In this document: positions 31,937-47,740 of the stretch, piece by piece
Layout of the letters: each line of letters begins with the position of its first letter
Numbering within the stretch: the stretch's first letter is position 1
DNA from: the human T2T-CHM13v2.0 reference genome, Homo sapiens
Direction: 5' to 3' (one strand)
DNA: 64,000 bases
Assembly: GCF_009914755.1 (NCBI RefSeq)
Contig: NC_060927.1
The notes under the pieces: model-generated
Told to the model about the DNA's origin: nothing
Database searches by the model: none
Seen by the model: the letters and a program-made list of their open reading frames with translations, nothing else
Program-made: the position numbers and the translations under genes

Positions 31937-32233
31937 TCTTAGAAACTCTGCTTTGATAAGACTGGCACTGGCTGGCTTTTGCAAAACATAAAAAAGACAA
32001 TGAGAACAAACACACCCAGCCAGAAACTGCCTGGCCCTCCTTAAAAGTGACTCCATTTCACGACTTTATTGTTTGGTAAAACCATAGGCACTCTTCTCAT
32101 CCATGTAAATGTCATCTCAAGTTTTCTCTCAATAAATATCTCCCTTCAATTAAACAAAGACTAATACTTTTATTTTTAAAAAATAAAAATAAAACTTTCA
32201 ATGAGACAGGGAAATCTGAATTTTTATTTTAAC

Positions 32234-32865
<632 letters not shown>

Positions 32866-33639
32866 AAATGGTAGGTTTTTTAAAAGCTCATATTAAAATA
32901 TTTCTTTCCATGTCACCACATGGGCTTGACAGCAATAATTTAAAATTGGTGTATAATATTCTATTAGATTGATACATTATTTACCTCGCTATTTATTAGA
33001 TATTTTTATTTGCTTTAAACTGTTTTTCACAAGTATCAACAATTATGAATGTCTTCATTTATATATACCTTTTAACTTTCTGTCCTATTTCCTTAAATTT
33101 CATACCCAGAAACACGCCACATTAAAAAAAGAGTTATTCTGTTTACATTAGTATTGGTATTACCCTCTGCAATCTCTAGTTTGTAAACTAAAGAAAAATT
33201 AGTTATTGCAATGGGGTGAAGGGAGGGGAGTGTAAGTGGGAGTACAGAAGAAACAGAATTGGCAAATGTTCAGTTGACAATTATGAAAGCTGGATAAACA
33301 AATACCTGCAGGGTTTATTTTTACTACTTTTCTACTATTGAATATATCTGATATTTATATAATAAAAAGTTTAAGTTACCAAAATCTCTTCACTGTCTTT
33401 TTTTTTTTTTTTGAGATTTCTCCTACTCACCTCAAACCCTCTAAGACTGCCAAAAGCTACGCCACAATCAAATTCTGCAGGTTCTTTCAAATATCATTTC
33501 ACTTAGCTCTTCTACAATAAAGCCTCACTACTCAAAGTATGGTCCTTAGAATAGCGTCATCATAATTGTTTGGAATGTTATTAGAAAAATAAAATGTTTT
33601 TCTTCTGATAATTGAAAATGTTCCTCTTCAAAGCATTTT

Positions 33640-34010
33640 ACCAAAGAAGACAGTCAAATAAGCAATAAACATATAGAAAAGTGTTCAAGTTAATTACTTG
33701 TCAGGGAAATGCAAATTATAACCACAAAGAGTGTCTCTGCCATCCACCAGAATGGCTAAAATGAAAACACAAAACAGACATGTCAAGCATCGATAATGAT
33801 ATGCAGCAATGGGAGTTCATGCGCTAGGAATGGGCAAACTGGTAAAACTAGAAAACTAATTGGCAATAGCTACTAAGGCTGGACAAATGTGTATCTATAC
33901 GACCCAGCAATTCCTTTCCTAGATATTTCCCCAACAGAAAGGCATATATATGCTTACCACAAGACATGTATAAGAATGTTCAAAGCAACACTATTTAAAA
34001 TAGCTCCAAA
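33640..34010 (+). mobile_element. Old L1M ORF2/3' fragment
   Basis: cagggaaatgcaaattataaccacaa...ccaccagaatggctaaaat...gacccagcaattcc. Confidence 0.75.
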
Positions 34011-34637
34011 CATATAAGACTGAGACAATATATGCAGTTTCATATTTTACTTTTTTCATAGATAGTAAGCATTTCCCCATGTCATTATCTTTAAATATGA
34101 TTTTTGATGGTTATGTAATATTACATAGTATGGATAAATCATACTTCATTAGGCACTTCCCAACTGTAAGACATTTTACCACGGTTTTTTTTATTTTTGC
34201 TGTTATTACTCAATAATATTATAATAAGCATTCTGATATATAAGGCTTTGTCTCCATCTCTAATTACATCCTTAGGATAAATTCTTTGAAGAGGATTTAG
34301 TGGGTCAAAAGATGTGCTTTTTCAGGAAGGCTGTGCCAATTTACACTCCCATACATTTACTTGTAATACATTATTTACTTGTAATACATTAAAAGCAGGC
34401 ATTTAGCAGCACTCTCTCCGTCATGGGTTTTCTTTTTAAACAAAAGTCTGCCAAAGTGACAGGTAAAACATTTTGCTTATCACTACTAGGGAAATTAAAC
34501 ATTTTTTATATGCTTATTTCATTTGCTTATCTTCTGAGCACTCTTGCCCAGTTTTCTAATGGAGAGTTAGCTTATTTCTTATTACCTGTTAAAAACTTAT
34601 AAAGATATTATCCTTGTGACATACATGGTACAAATAA

Positions 34638-34988
<351 letters not shown>

Positions 34989-37825
34989 TGTTTATGATGT
35001 TTGATGAACAGATCTATCTCAAATCTCTCTAACCAAGTTTTATCATTGTACTCAAATGCTTCTTCCTGATACAGTACATCATGTTTCTCTTCTGCTCTCC
35101 TCTAATACTACATCATCAATCTGAAGCAATGAAACTACTCTTACATCTTATTCGTAATGCAAATGAAAATAAGTCTGTTTTTGGCATTTAGAAGCTCTGC
35201 ACAACTATGCGTACGTCTTTAAAGTGAGAAGAAAGAAAAGACATATGTAACAGGAAACCTACGTGCCTGAGGAAATTTTTGAGGTGTTGTACAACATGGA
35301 AAGTTGTAAAAATGGAAAGCCTACATGTAATAAGAACAAACCTTGTCTCAAATCTTATGTCATAATTTTACTTCTGAGCACCTTATGTATCTTTTATTGA
35401 GTTATGTTTCCTTTCAGTCTCTGTTAAAGGAATCTTACCTAGTTTTAGTCCCTTGAGCTTTTTCAAAATTACCTCCCTTAAAGCATGAAAGCGGCACGGG
35501 TTTTTATTTCTAGCTTTTCGCAAATGATGACTTAGCTGCATTCTCCCAAACTTCCATTGTACTCTCATTAGTTCTGTTTAGCAAAATTAGGTTTGATAAG
35601 ACGATTTCTCTCACTGTTTTCTCTACTGTTAACAGGGAAATCAATAATTTATTTGACTCTCTTCTTCTCAGAATAAAGAACAAATGAATTCAGGTCTACA
35701 CAAAGCGTTCTATGGTATCACTTCTGTTTCTCTGTCTGCTCTTCAATTAAATACCCCATTTTTCATAGGTTGTGTGAATTTACAGCAGATATACATTTTT
35801 TTTTTCTTGATATTCAGTGTTATTCCATTTCTCTTCAATAGGTTCGGTTCTCTGGAATAACTTAACCTTCTTTTTTGGGTTCTTTTTGAGTTTTGTTCCA
35901 ATAAGGCCTGATGACTACCTACATTAAGTTGCACTTATTTTCTTATATTAAAGTCTCTCAAGATTTTGCTTAGTTTATTCCCTACATTCTTAACTTCAGA
36001 ATGTAAGTAACTGAGGCCACAAGTAACGTCCTTGAACACATCCTTCTTCCCAGTATTTACTACTACATAATCATGGGCACCTTGTCAACTGCCTTATATC
36101 ATCTATTTTATGTGATAACCTCCATCATATCCAGTTTTAGAATTTTACTGATATTTTTCTGTCTTCTCCAACATTTTGTAAATAAAATCTTGATCTGATG
36201 ATCAAGTTACCAGGTGAATAAATTCTTTTAATTCCTGTGAGATGAAGCACAGAAATCTATTATTCAAGAGATCTTAGGTCACTCTCCAGAAAATAAAATC
36301 TTTTTCTGAATAACGTCGTCTGATAATCAGTTACCATTTTTCATATTATTTCTCTTCCAAAGTCTCAATCTTCAATCAGAACCAGAGAAAGAGGGTCAAG
36401 GTATAATGATCATCTATTATAACATCAATATGGGAACCAAATTCTTCATTTAGTTTCTTTTTCTATGAGTTTCCTATGTCTCTGTTCACTTAACATATAA
36501 GAAAAATCTGTGGGTCCATTTGTTGATCCATACCACCTCTAAAGTATGTTATCAATCTCAAAATAAATTCTATAGCATACATAAACTGTGGTAGTATGGT
36601 CCAATTTTAGAGGTTTTCATTGATAATTTTCCCCAAATGTAAGGGTGTCACTAGTGATAGGAAATCTGTGGCCCTTACTAAATCCTATAAAGGCACATGC
36701 AAAAATAACAAAGTGTGTCTAACAGAAAGAGTTGTAAATAAACATACTGTCTTCAATCTAATACAAACTTAAATCACTATAGTTGAAATAAAAGTACCTG
36801 CAGTTTAGATTAAAATTTCAGCATAAAAGCACAAATCAGAAAAATGTCTTATGTAAAATTTAATGTTTATTAATGTAGGTCTTAGAAAGTTAAAAGATAC
36901 TGGCTATAGGCTTAATGATCAATGAATTACAAAGAAGTTTTCAAAATATTTAATAATCTAAATAGAAAGAACCATTTAGAAAATATTAGATTAAAAGATT
37001 ACTTCTATCACTCACTGTCACCTAAAGTTACTCAGTAATGTTTGGTAAATTTTCAGTTAAGCAATTTGAAAACATGCAAATTAAAAATTTTATTTGCTAA
37101 AATGGCTTCTTGCTTCATTCATTCATGCCAACATTTATTGAATGTCTTCTACATACTAGACCCTGTGTGAAGCTTTACATGAAGATTAAGTAACTAGCTA
37201 GAAAATTAAACAAGAACAGCAGCAACAAAAACCAAAAACAAAGGCAACATCTTAGCTAAAGGAAAAACAAAATAGTTCTTATACTCTTGTGGTAACTTAT
37301 AACTTTCTCAAAAAAAAAAAAAAAAAAAAAGAGATACACAACCTATCCCCTCAATAAACTGCTACTTGCGTAGTATTCTATTGTGCTTTATACTTTTATA
37401 GTAATGCTTTTCTAACACATAATCAAAATTATTTTAAATTATTTTAACAAAAAAAAGGGGAACATAAAACTCCAAGGAAGCATATTTCTACATTCTAATA
37501 ATGAGGGTACATTTAAAAAAATCTTAAAAGTTTTTATATTTTAAAAGTTCCTAGCAAAAGTAACTGTCGTAAAAATTACAAAAAGGAAAATACAGTTACG
37601 AGCAAGAGAATTTTTCAAATGACATGTGAAAAATAAAAACAAAAAGTTATGTATTACAGAAATAAAGTCCCAAGCATGTGATAAACATGAAAATTCTAAA
37701 AGCAATCTAAATCATACACCTCCTTATGCCAGAAAGGCACTACCATGAATCTCAAAATGTATCTGAATAAGGTAGGTCTGCAGATGGAGGTTAAAAAATA
37801 ACTTGGGAGTATTTTGATCACTTAC

Positions 37826-37859
37826 TCAGGCCTTTTGATCCCATGTCGTCAGGGATCTC
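37826..37859 (-). CDS. DLG1: DLG1 alternative exon I2 (34 nt)
   Basis: ctacag|GAGATCCCTGACGACATGGGATCAAAAGGCCTGA|gtaagt; EIPDDMGSKGL(K). Confidence 0.96.
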
Positions 37860-38574
37860 CTGTAGAGGGTAGTCCCCAGAGAGCAAGCAATAAAAAGATA
37901 ATCAAAGAAAATAGTTGTCAGTAATGCATAAAATTGGTGCTACAGTAAGAGACAGTTCCAAGACCATTACAGGTACATATATCTTACAGAGCATTTTTAC
38001 ATATTTCTAGAACTTTGAAATGAGCTAGCTGCTAACTGTAATCTACCAAAAGAATGAAAGTTCTAGCATGAAGGCTGATTCAGGTACAGAAGCAAAATTT
38101 TAGACCATTTCTTGCTATTTTAAAAGTAAAATCCAGATTGTCTACATATAATGAAGAAATAGGGTAAAATGTAATGATTCCAGAGAATCCAGTTATCAGA
38201 CTCGCCATGTTATACCTAGAAATCAACAGGTAGCTTCTCATGTATTCATGTTCTTCCTCTAAAATATTCTTTGAATGTATGAATGTGTTTTTCATAAAAA
38301 TCTTTCCTTCAAATAACTGCATTTATACATATTTATATGTTCAAGTTATAAACATATAACTGAAAAATAATGTTTGCTTTAAATTAAGAATTCCTAAGGT
38401 GCCAGAAAAAGTTAAGATCGGCATACAAATTAATTTATAACTGTTAAGTTGCCCTTGAAGACAATTAGCAACCTGCTGCAGCTCTTGAAACTGTCTCCAT
38501 GGTAACAACCAACTGCAGGGCAGTAGGTCCCTCTCCATTTTATTTTCAGTTGACCACTGGATCCACATACTTAC

Positions 38575-38674
38575 GGTCAGCATCACTTGTTTCCTGCTCA
38601 CTCTGGTCCTTGTTCTTGTAGAAGGGGAATTTTCGGGAAAAGAGGTTCTTTTTACGCTTGTCATTGAATGACTG
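38575..38674 (-). CDS. DLG1: DLG1 alternative exon I3 (100 nt), protein 4.1-binding insert
   Basis: cttcag|CAGTCATTC...GCTGACC|gtaagt; QSFNDKRKKNLFSRKFPFYKNKDQSEQETSDAD(Q). Confidence 0.96.
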
Positions 38675-39388
38675 CTGAAGAAGAGAAGGAGGGGCAAAAC
38701 AAAGGGATGTCTACTGTCTGTGTGTACAAAGGCCCAGCCTAGCAGCTCTGTGGAAGCTGACTCCTATGACCACAGTGTGCAGTTTGTATATGATTTTTAC
38801 TTTAATCTCATATAAAGTGAATTTCTACTTTTGTATAAATTCTAACATTTTGCAACTGAAAATACTTAAGAATTTCAGACAGCATAGTTCATTTATACCT
38901 AAAAATAAAAATGCTACTTGACAAAAAAAGGCAAATCAGTTACTACTACAGTACAAACCAAGCTAACATTTGTTTATACTAATCCATGTTTTTCCAGAAA
39001 AATTTTCAAGTATTAAGTGCTCTACAGCAAAAGTTATTTAATGTTACTTTGCTGCTCAATTACATTTTATTCATTATCTTCATTTTATTTTGGCCTGACC
39101 ACAGTTATTCCTTTATCTCTTTTTTTGTGGCTACGATGAGCTAACAGAAAAGTCATTATTTAAAAAGTAAACCAAAATGATTATGAGAAAGTTGCTAATG
39201 CTGAATATTTAAAAAACAAATATATATATATATTTATATATACACATATACATATTCTTGGAAGAGGATAAAAGGTAACTAAATGCTTATGAGCCAGAAA
39301 ATGGGAAGAAAACTAAAAGGTCCATCAAGCACACAGAGTCCAGCAAGAGACTTATCAATGCCATCTCTTAGCCAAGCAAGAAGAGTCA

Positions 39389-39459
39389 GAAGTCTCCTGA
39401 CCAACGTGAATGCTTCAGTACTGAAGTCTCCTGACCAACGTGAATGCTATCAGTACTGA
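39389..39459. repeat. ~34 bp tandem duplication
   Basis: gaagtctcctgaccaacgtgaatgct(a)tcagtact x2. Confidence 0.93.
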
Positions 39460-40020
39460 CTTATTTATTCTTAAGTTCTACTCTACTTATTAAAAAAAAG
39501 TACACATAAATAATGTAGAACCACATCCAATCATTGGCACCACATCCTTCATAGGGAATAAAAAGTTTGGTGTCCACCAAAGCCACAAGGCAATTAAGAT
39601 TCTAACAGTTTATACATAATTGTAACGTGGAGTTGAGCAGTTGATTTGATGTCTCTTATTGCACATGTTGGAAACAAGTTTTTCCTTGAATGTCTCATTT
39701 GTGCATTCATAGATTTAAGAGCATGTAGCACAAGAACGATGAGGCTATTAAACAGAAATAGCTTCTTTTGTCATTTCTCTGTCATAGGCATTCATGTTTT
39801 GAAGGAAACGGGCTTACCTACCAGTGACACTAAGAATTATTATTTTTTGGAGGGGGAAGGGAAAAATATAAAGAATAGATTTTTTTGTTCTGATTTTTAT
39901 GAGTTTATACACATCTTAAGATGCTGTATTATTCATTATTTTGAAGTATATTGACAAGAACAGTGTGTTTTTGGCATGCCCTTATTTTAAGCATGTGATG
40001 CCAGGTAATTAAGGTGAAGC

Positions 40021-40326
<306 letters not shown>

Positions 40327-42249
40327 GTGAAGTAGATTAAAGTGACTTTTAGCTCAAATTCTATGACTTGAGAAGACTTATTTTGATAAAGATCTTTATA
40401 AAAACAAGGTTAAACTTTCATTTTTACCTTTTCATATAATTAATTCAGGATTAATAAGTTCACAGTTCATTAGCCAAGCAGACTGTCTTGATTTCAATCT
40501 TAAAGTTTGAAGGCTCTGAGGAACTAGATAAAAGAGAACTCTAAGTAGAAGTTAAAAATTCAATGGACAGAAAAAGTATTATGGAGAAATCTGGGCTTAT
40601 AACTATTTTATAAACTGTCAAGTAGCATTATTTGAATAAAAATCTTTGTTCAAATCCAAATTTTAGAAAGGAGATAGACGAGAAAGTGTTTTAGTGAAAA
40701 AAATTATGGTAATCTAATTTAGGGAAAAACTAAATCTTTTCGTTCATAAGAATCAATGGTTTTGAATTTAGCAATAATTTTTATATCTGATACAACTGAT
40801 GTGTTTTTTATAAAAGTTTATTCATCCCTCTTACTGCATCTATAGTGGTCAGAGTCAGTTTCACAGCAAACAACCAAAAGAAACATGAAGTTTAAAATGT
40901 CTGATTCTTATTATCTTTGCAGTTAGCCAAAATGAGATATCATAAAGATATCATAATATAGGACAGAGAGAAATGCTTGTTAGTTAAGAAAGTATTAGTT
41001 GTATCACATTTAATATCCTCCAGGTGAAGAACTTATTAAAAGTGAAAAAAAATAGCACAAGCAACCAAGACAAAAATGTGTAGGGAAAACACAAAACTGA
41101 AGACTTGCTACCTCCAGTTTCTCTGTATTTTCAATCAGAAGTACTACATTTAATACTTACTGTCATTAATGCTATATCGCAAGAGAGACAGTGTAAGAAT
41201 TGATAAAATATCATAAATTCATGATACATATATTAAATATCTAAATACATAATTTCCACATGTATTTCAAAATAGCCAAATGAATGTTAGACATGTTAAT
41301 GAGAAACTAAAATGTTGTAAGTCTGTAGTAAAAATAAAGTCCATAATCACTATGTAAGGAAAGGAGGAGAAGTAGGAAATGGTACTATAGAAAGAAATGC
41401 AGTTCTGATCAATGGCAAGCGTATTTTCACCCCACTCAGTATCATGCATAGTTTTGGTGCTGTGTTAGAACACAGTGACTCTGTATAAAGTTGGTTACAG
41501 TCAACAAACAAGACTAAGATTTAAACACGTCGTTAATTCAGTTAACTTCTTACAGTATGAAAGGAAAGTTACAACATGCAACCTCTTTTTCAATTTATTG
41601 ATGGTATATTGTACTAAATCATTTTTAAAGATATACATAAAACAAGCATTAAAAAATTCACATTTTTCAAATCCTGAGCATTTACCTGGGATTTTTCCTC
41701 TAATACAAATTTCTATTTTAATATTGCTTCAGATCACACTATATAATTTGGAATTTTTCTGAAAGCTACAATTTTAAAGGAATTTATCATTTCTAAAAAA
41801 TGGAATGTAACACATAATTTTCTCAGATTTAACTTCTTGAACCAAAGATATTTCTCATCTTTTAAATTTTAAAGCTTTAAGTCTGAGTGCTTAGTGATAC
41901 CAGAGATGTACAGAGTAAATTTATTTGCTGAGTTAACATTCCACATTCATTTCAAATATTATCAGAAGACTTATAAAAATTTTGTTTAGTATTAAAAAAA
42001 ACCCCAAACATAAAACATTGCTATAAATGGTATTTAACATAACATGTATTCAGTTTGTTCTCCAGGCTTACTGCTAGAATATTCCACTGCAGTGAGTTCA
42101 GGATTATTAAGAATTACATCCACCAATACGGGATGAAGCCTGTACCATCTTTCTCATCTATCGACAGCCCAAGTATTTAGATGCAAGCAGAAGGACTTAA
42201 AGTGAAGGAAAAATAAATACACTTCTAAAATATATGATGAAAGAATTGA

Positions 42250-42745
<496 letters not shown>

Positions 42746-43034
42746 TAGTAACACAAATTTCTAATTGGAAATCGAATGAAGGTCAAATACATTTCATTTA
42801 TAAAAATAAGCTTGACCCAAAAGTATGTTGCTAATAATATATCAAATGATAGTTTTGATAATTTGGAAGGGTCTGTGAAATGGGTGCTTGAATTTAACAA
42901 ATGCTTAAGTATCTACCATTGTAAAGCACCATGGCAAGAACTGATCATGAATAATTCTGATAGCAAAATCCTTTTCATTTTAACAATGTAGCTCAAACAG
43001 GAATTACAAAAATGTAGAGATTTCAAATACTCAC

Positions 43035-43101
43035 CCCTTTATCTCTCGTTTTAGAATTGAATTTCACTGTTTTTAATCGGGCTCGTTCTTTCTTCTCAAC
43101 T
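43035..43101 (-). CDS. DLG1: DLG1 exon (67 nt): HOOK region
   Basis: ttgacag|AGTTGAG...GATAAAGGG|gtgagt; VEKKERARLKTVKFNSKTRDKG, ends in phase 0. Confidence 0.97.
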
Positions 43102-44073
43102 CTGTCAAAGTATAGAATGTTATTTTTTAAGTAAACCAAACATATCTGGGGTCTTACTAGAAATAACCAGAATTGTTATCTTTATAATGGGCATTTTTAT
43201 ACTCTAAAACCTTTAAGAGTCATCTAGGTTTGCATCCCCAAATTAGAATTGCTGAAAAATGAAATAAAGGGCTCATTTTATTATGAAACAAAACCTGATG
43301 CTATGAAGTTATCAACACACAGTATATATGTGTATATTTTTATATGTATATTTAGTTACAAAATTATATGAAAGTATGAGGCACCATTTCTGAGTTTAAC
43401 AGTTTTCCAAGTTTTGTTTGTTTTTAAGTATTAGCTTAGCATGAAGCACATATGCTAAAAATTAAGCTAGAGAAAGCAAATGTGGCAAAATGTTAAAAAC
43501 TGGTGAAAGTGGGAGAAGGATATGTGGACGTTCACTGTATATTGCCGTTTTTGTACTTACTTTTCTATAGCTCTGAAACTTTTAACAAAAAGGTGGAATA
43601 TTTAAAAATTAAGCCTAATTCTAATGATATATGTGTGTGTGTGTGTAAATATATAAATAACCAGTTACAGTTATTGAAGTAAGAGTTTTAAAGTATTTTT
43701 GGAAGGATACATAAGAACTGTTAATCTTTACCCCTATGGAGGTGAAATGGGTGTTGTGAGAGACAGCCTGTAAAGCCTTCACATCTTTTAAATTCTGAAC
43801 TTTACCTACTCAAAATAAGCAAGCAAATAAAACTACAATGAAACAAGTTTTTATGTAGATTGTAACACTAATGTAAATCTTGCAAAATGTCATGTAAATT
43901 AAGCTTTCATAAATTCTCCAATTTCGACATAGCAATTATGTTAGCATATAACAGAAAAGCCTACCAAAACAAGACTATGAATAAATGAATTTTATTTTTT
44001 CCTTATTATCTATTTAGTTTTACTATGGGTACAGCAGGACCTTAGCATTCATGAATTTAAATTTTAAATTTAA

Positions 44074-44398
<325 letters not shown>

Positions 44399-45658
44399 TC
44401 AAGAACAATTCTGAGGCTCCATGACCTGAATAATTTATAATCTTGCCTAGGTACTTATCAACAGCACCACAAAACTAGCATTTAGTGGGTGAGCATTTAC
44501 AACTCAACTTTGTTTTCTAATCATTATTTTGTTTAGTACATAATTCAGCAACTTAAATTGTCTATATTTGTAAATATTATTCCTGAAAGCCAAGAATTGT
44601 AGGAATTACAATTCCTATGTTATTTTAGAAGAGGTCTAAGAAAGAGATAGTTCTATTTAAGAAAAGGTAAGTTTTGAATACATTCAAGAACGAAATGGCA
44701 TAATTAGTTGTGGTTTCTTACTGTATTTTACGGGAGTAAGATTATATTCTGCAATGCTACTCATGAATTTGGAAATTGGCAGAGGTCTCAAGATATCTTT
44801 CTTACATTATTGCTTGCTTTAAAACACAATCTTATAGAATTTTTGTACAAAATGAAAAAAAAATCTCTCCAGTGAAGCCAACAGTGTTTATTATTGGGTG
44901 TAGGCACAGAAAGCCTTTGTAAGGTATGAGACTCCAAGAACCAAGACAATTTTTAGGAGCTCTGACCTTGATATTTAAGATGTAAGGTTTCTACTGACTC
45001 AACAAGGCATAGAGGAAGCATTTCCGAATTTAAAGCAGACTATGTTCTATTTCTGGAAAAAAGTTATGCTGATTGCTGCATTGCTAAAAGAGGATTTGTC
45101 ATCAACTGAAAGATCTAGCCAAATAGTTGGATCATGCTAAATATATGGATACAGCCAACAGCAGTTATAAGCCCGAAAATCATAATTATAAATCTTGATT
45201 ATAATTTAATAATATTACTTTTCAACTTCTACAAACAGGTAAATAAATAAAGGTCTAGAAATAGTTACGAAATAGGTATAAATTCAACTAATAAGAAAAA
45301 GATGTTTATTACAGCATAATCGACTTAAAATGAATTAACTAGTTATAATAAACATTTCTTTATGATCTCATTAACTATTTTTGCTGGCTATCTTACTACT
45401 ACTACTTTAAAAAGCTCTTAAAGAAGAACTTCCAGACAATGATTTGGATGAAGCAGATCTCATAAATAAGCTATCTCAGGGGAATTCTGAAATGACATTT
45501 TAACACCTTCCCCACAAAAGCAGAGACACTCAACAGCACTTCACAGGCCTTAGAAGAGGTCCTCTAAGCTGGGACCATCCTTTGCAAAGAGGGCCTGTCC
45601 TTAACTACTTTTGCTATGTGCTAAGTATACACCCATGAATCACTAAAATGAATCATTA

Positions 45659-45965
45659 GGGCTGGCTGCAGTGGCTCACAGCTGTCATCCCAGAGCTGTG
45701 GGAGGCTGGGGTGAGAAAATCGCTTGAAGCCAAGAGTTTAAGACTTGCCTGGGCAACATAGCTAGAACCCATCTCCACAAACAAAAACAAAAACAAAAAC
45801 AAAAACAAAAAACTTAGCCGGGTGCAGTGACACGCGCCTGGAGTCCCAGCTACTAGCTGAGGTGGGGGGATAGCTTGAGCCCAGGAGTCTGAGGTTCAGT
45901 GGGCTATGATCATGTCACTGCACTCCAGCGTGGGCGACAGAGCAAGACCTTGTCTCTTAAAAAAA
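45659..45965 (+). mobile_element. AluJ with (CAAAAA)n linker
   Basis: Diverged dimer followed by (CTAC)n. Confidence 0.9.
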
Positions 45966-46253
45966 TCAATCTACCTACCTACCTATCTACCTATATATAA
46001 TCATTAAAAGCAAAGAGAAAAGACCAGTGAACTGCACCAATACATGTAATTTAAGCAAGGAAAAAGAGAAGTGAAGCGTATTACCAGATATTTCCAAACA
46101 TTTTGGCATGAAGGAAGAAATTCATGCCACCAAAAATACAAAATTTAAGTCCTCTTACTTACCTACACCAACCACAGACACTTTCAGTTTTCTCTTCACT
46201 GGTATAGCTAAATGGCACACTGATTTAATATATACTTACTTTGTTTTCAGTAA

Positions 46254-46639
<386 letters not shown>

Positions 46640-46759
46640 TCAAATGGCTGTGAAACACAATATAAAAAACTGAGCATAAAATCATTTTAGTAAAATAAAT
46701 TTATTTTTTCAGTTCTGGTGATTATTTTTAATTTTTTTATGTGTATATTTTATATATAT

Positions 46760-47071
<312 letters not shown>

Positions 47072-47074
47072 TAA

Positions 47075-47495
47075 TTGTATATATTTAAGTTGTACAACTT
47101 AATGATTTTATATATATATATTATATATATACATACTGTGAAATAATTACTACAGTCAACCTAATTAACATATCCATTACCTCACCTGGTTGCCTTTTTT
47201 TGGGGGGTAAGAACACTTAGGACCGACCCTCTTAACAAATTTCAAGTACAGTACTATTACCTGTAGTTGCCATGCTTACATGTTGGAGGTGCAGAACTCA
47301 CTCATCTTGTGTCACGGAAACTTTGTATCTCATTTCCCCATCCTCCTAACCCCTGGTAACCACCATTCTTCTCTGTATGACTTCGACTACTTTAGATTTC
47401 ACATAAAAATGTGATCATACGATTTTTGTCTTTCTGTGTCTGGCTTTTTTCAATTAGAATAATGCACTCCAGGTCCATCCATGTTGTCACAAATT
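47075..47495 (-). mobile_element. L1MA/MB 3' end fragment just downstream of the SH3 exon
   Basis: ctaattaacatatccattacctcac...cccctggtaaccaccattct...ccaggtccatccatgttgtcacaaat. Confidence 0.85.
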
Positions 47496-47563
47496 AAAAA
47501 AAATTTAAAAGAACATCAATTATTTATGTTGCCTCACATTCAAGTGGTAAGAAACAGGCATAC

Positions 47564-47740
47564 CTGCGTTTACTGGGAATCACTCCGACCTCATCGCTCT
47601 CACCATCTGGTGTAACCTGCCTGGCTTGCCACCATTCATCATCAGAAGCATTAATAACATGGAGGATATCTCCAAATTTGAAGTTCAGTCCCTGACTGGG
47701 AAGCCCACTGTCTTTAGTCTTGTCATAATCAAAAAGGGCT
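47564..47740 (-). CDS. DLG1: DLG1 exon (177 nt): SH3 domain
   Basis: ctctag|AGCCC...AAACGCAG|gtatgc; [60 protein letters not shown] (within ORF 47524..47772). Confidence 0.98.

Noticed and set aside
38341-38697. 118 aa minus-strand ORF overlapping I3
   Set aside because: It reads I3 in a different frame, has no ATG start, and runs into intron; no support as a separate product.
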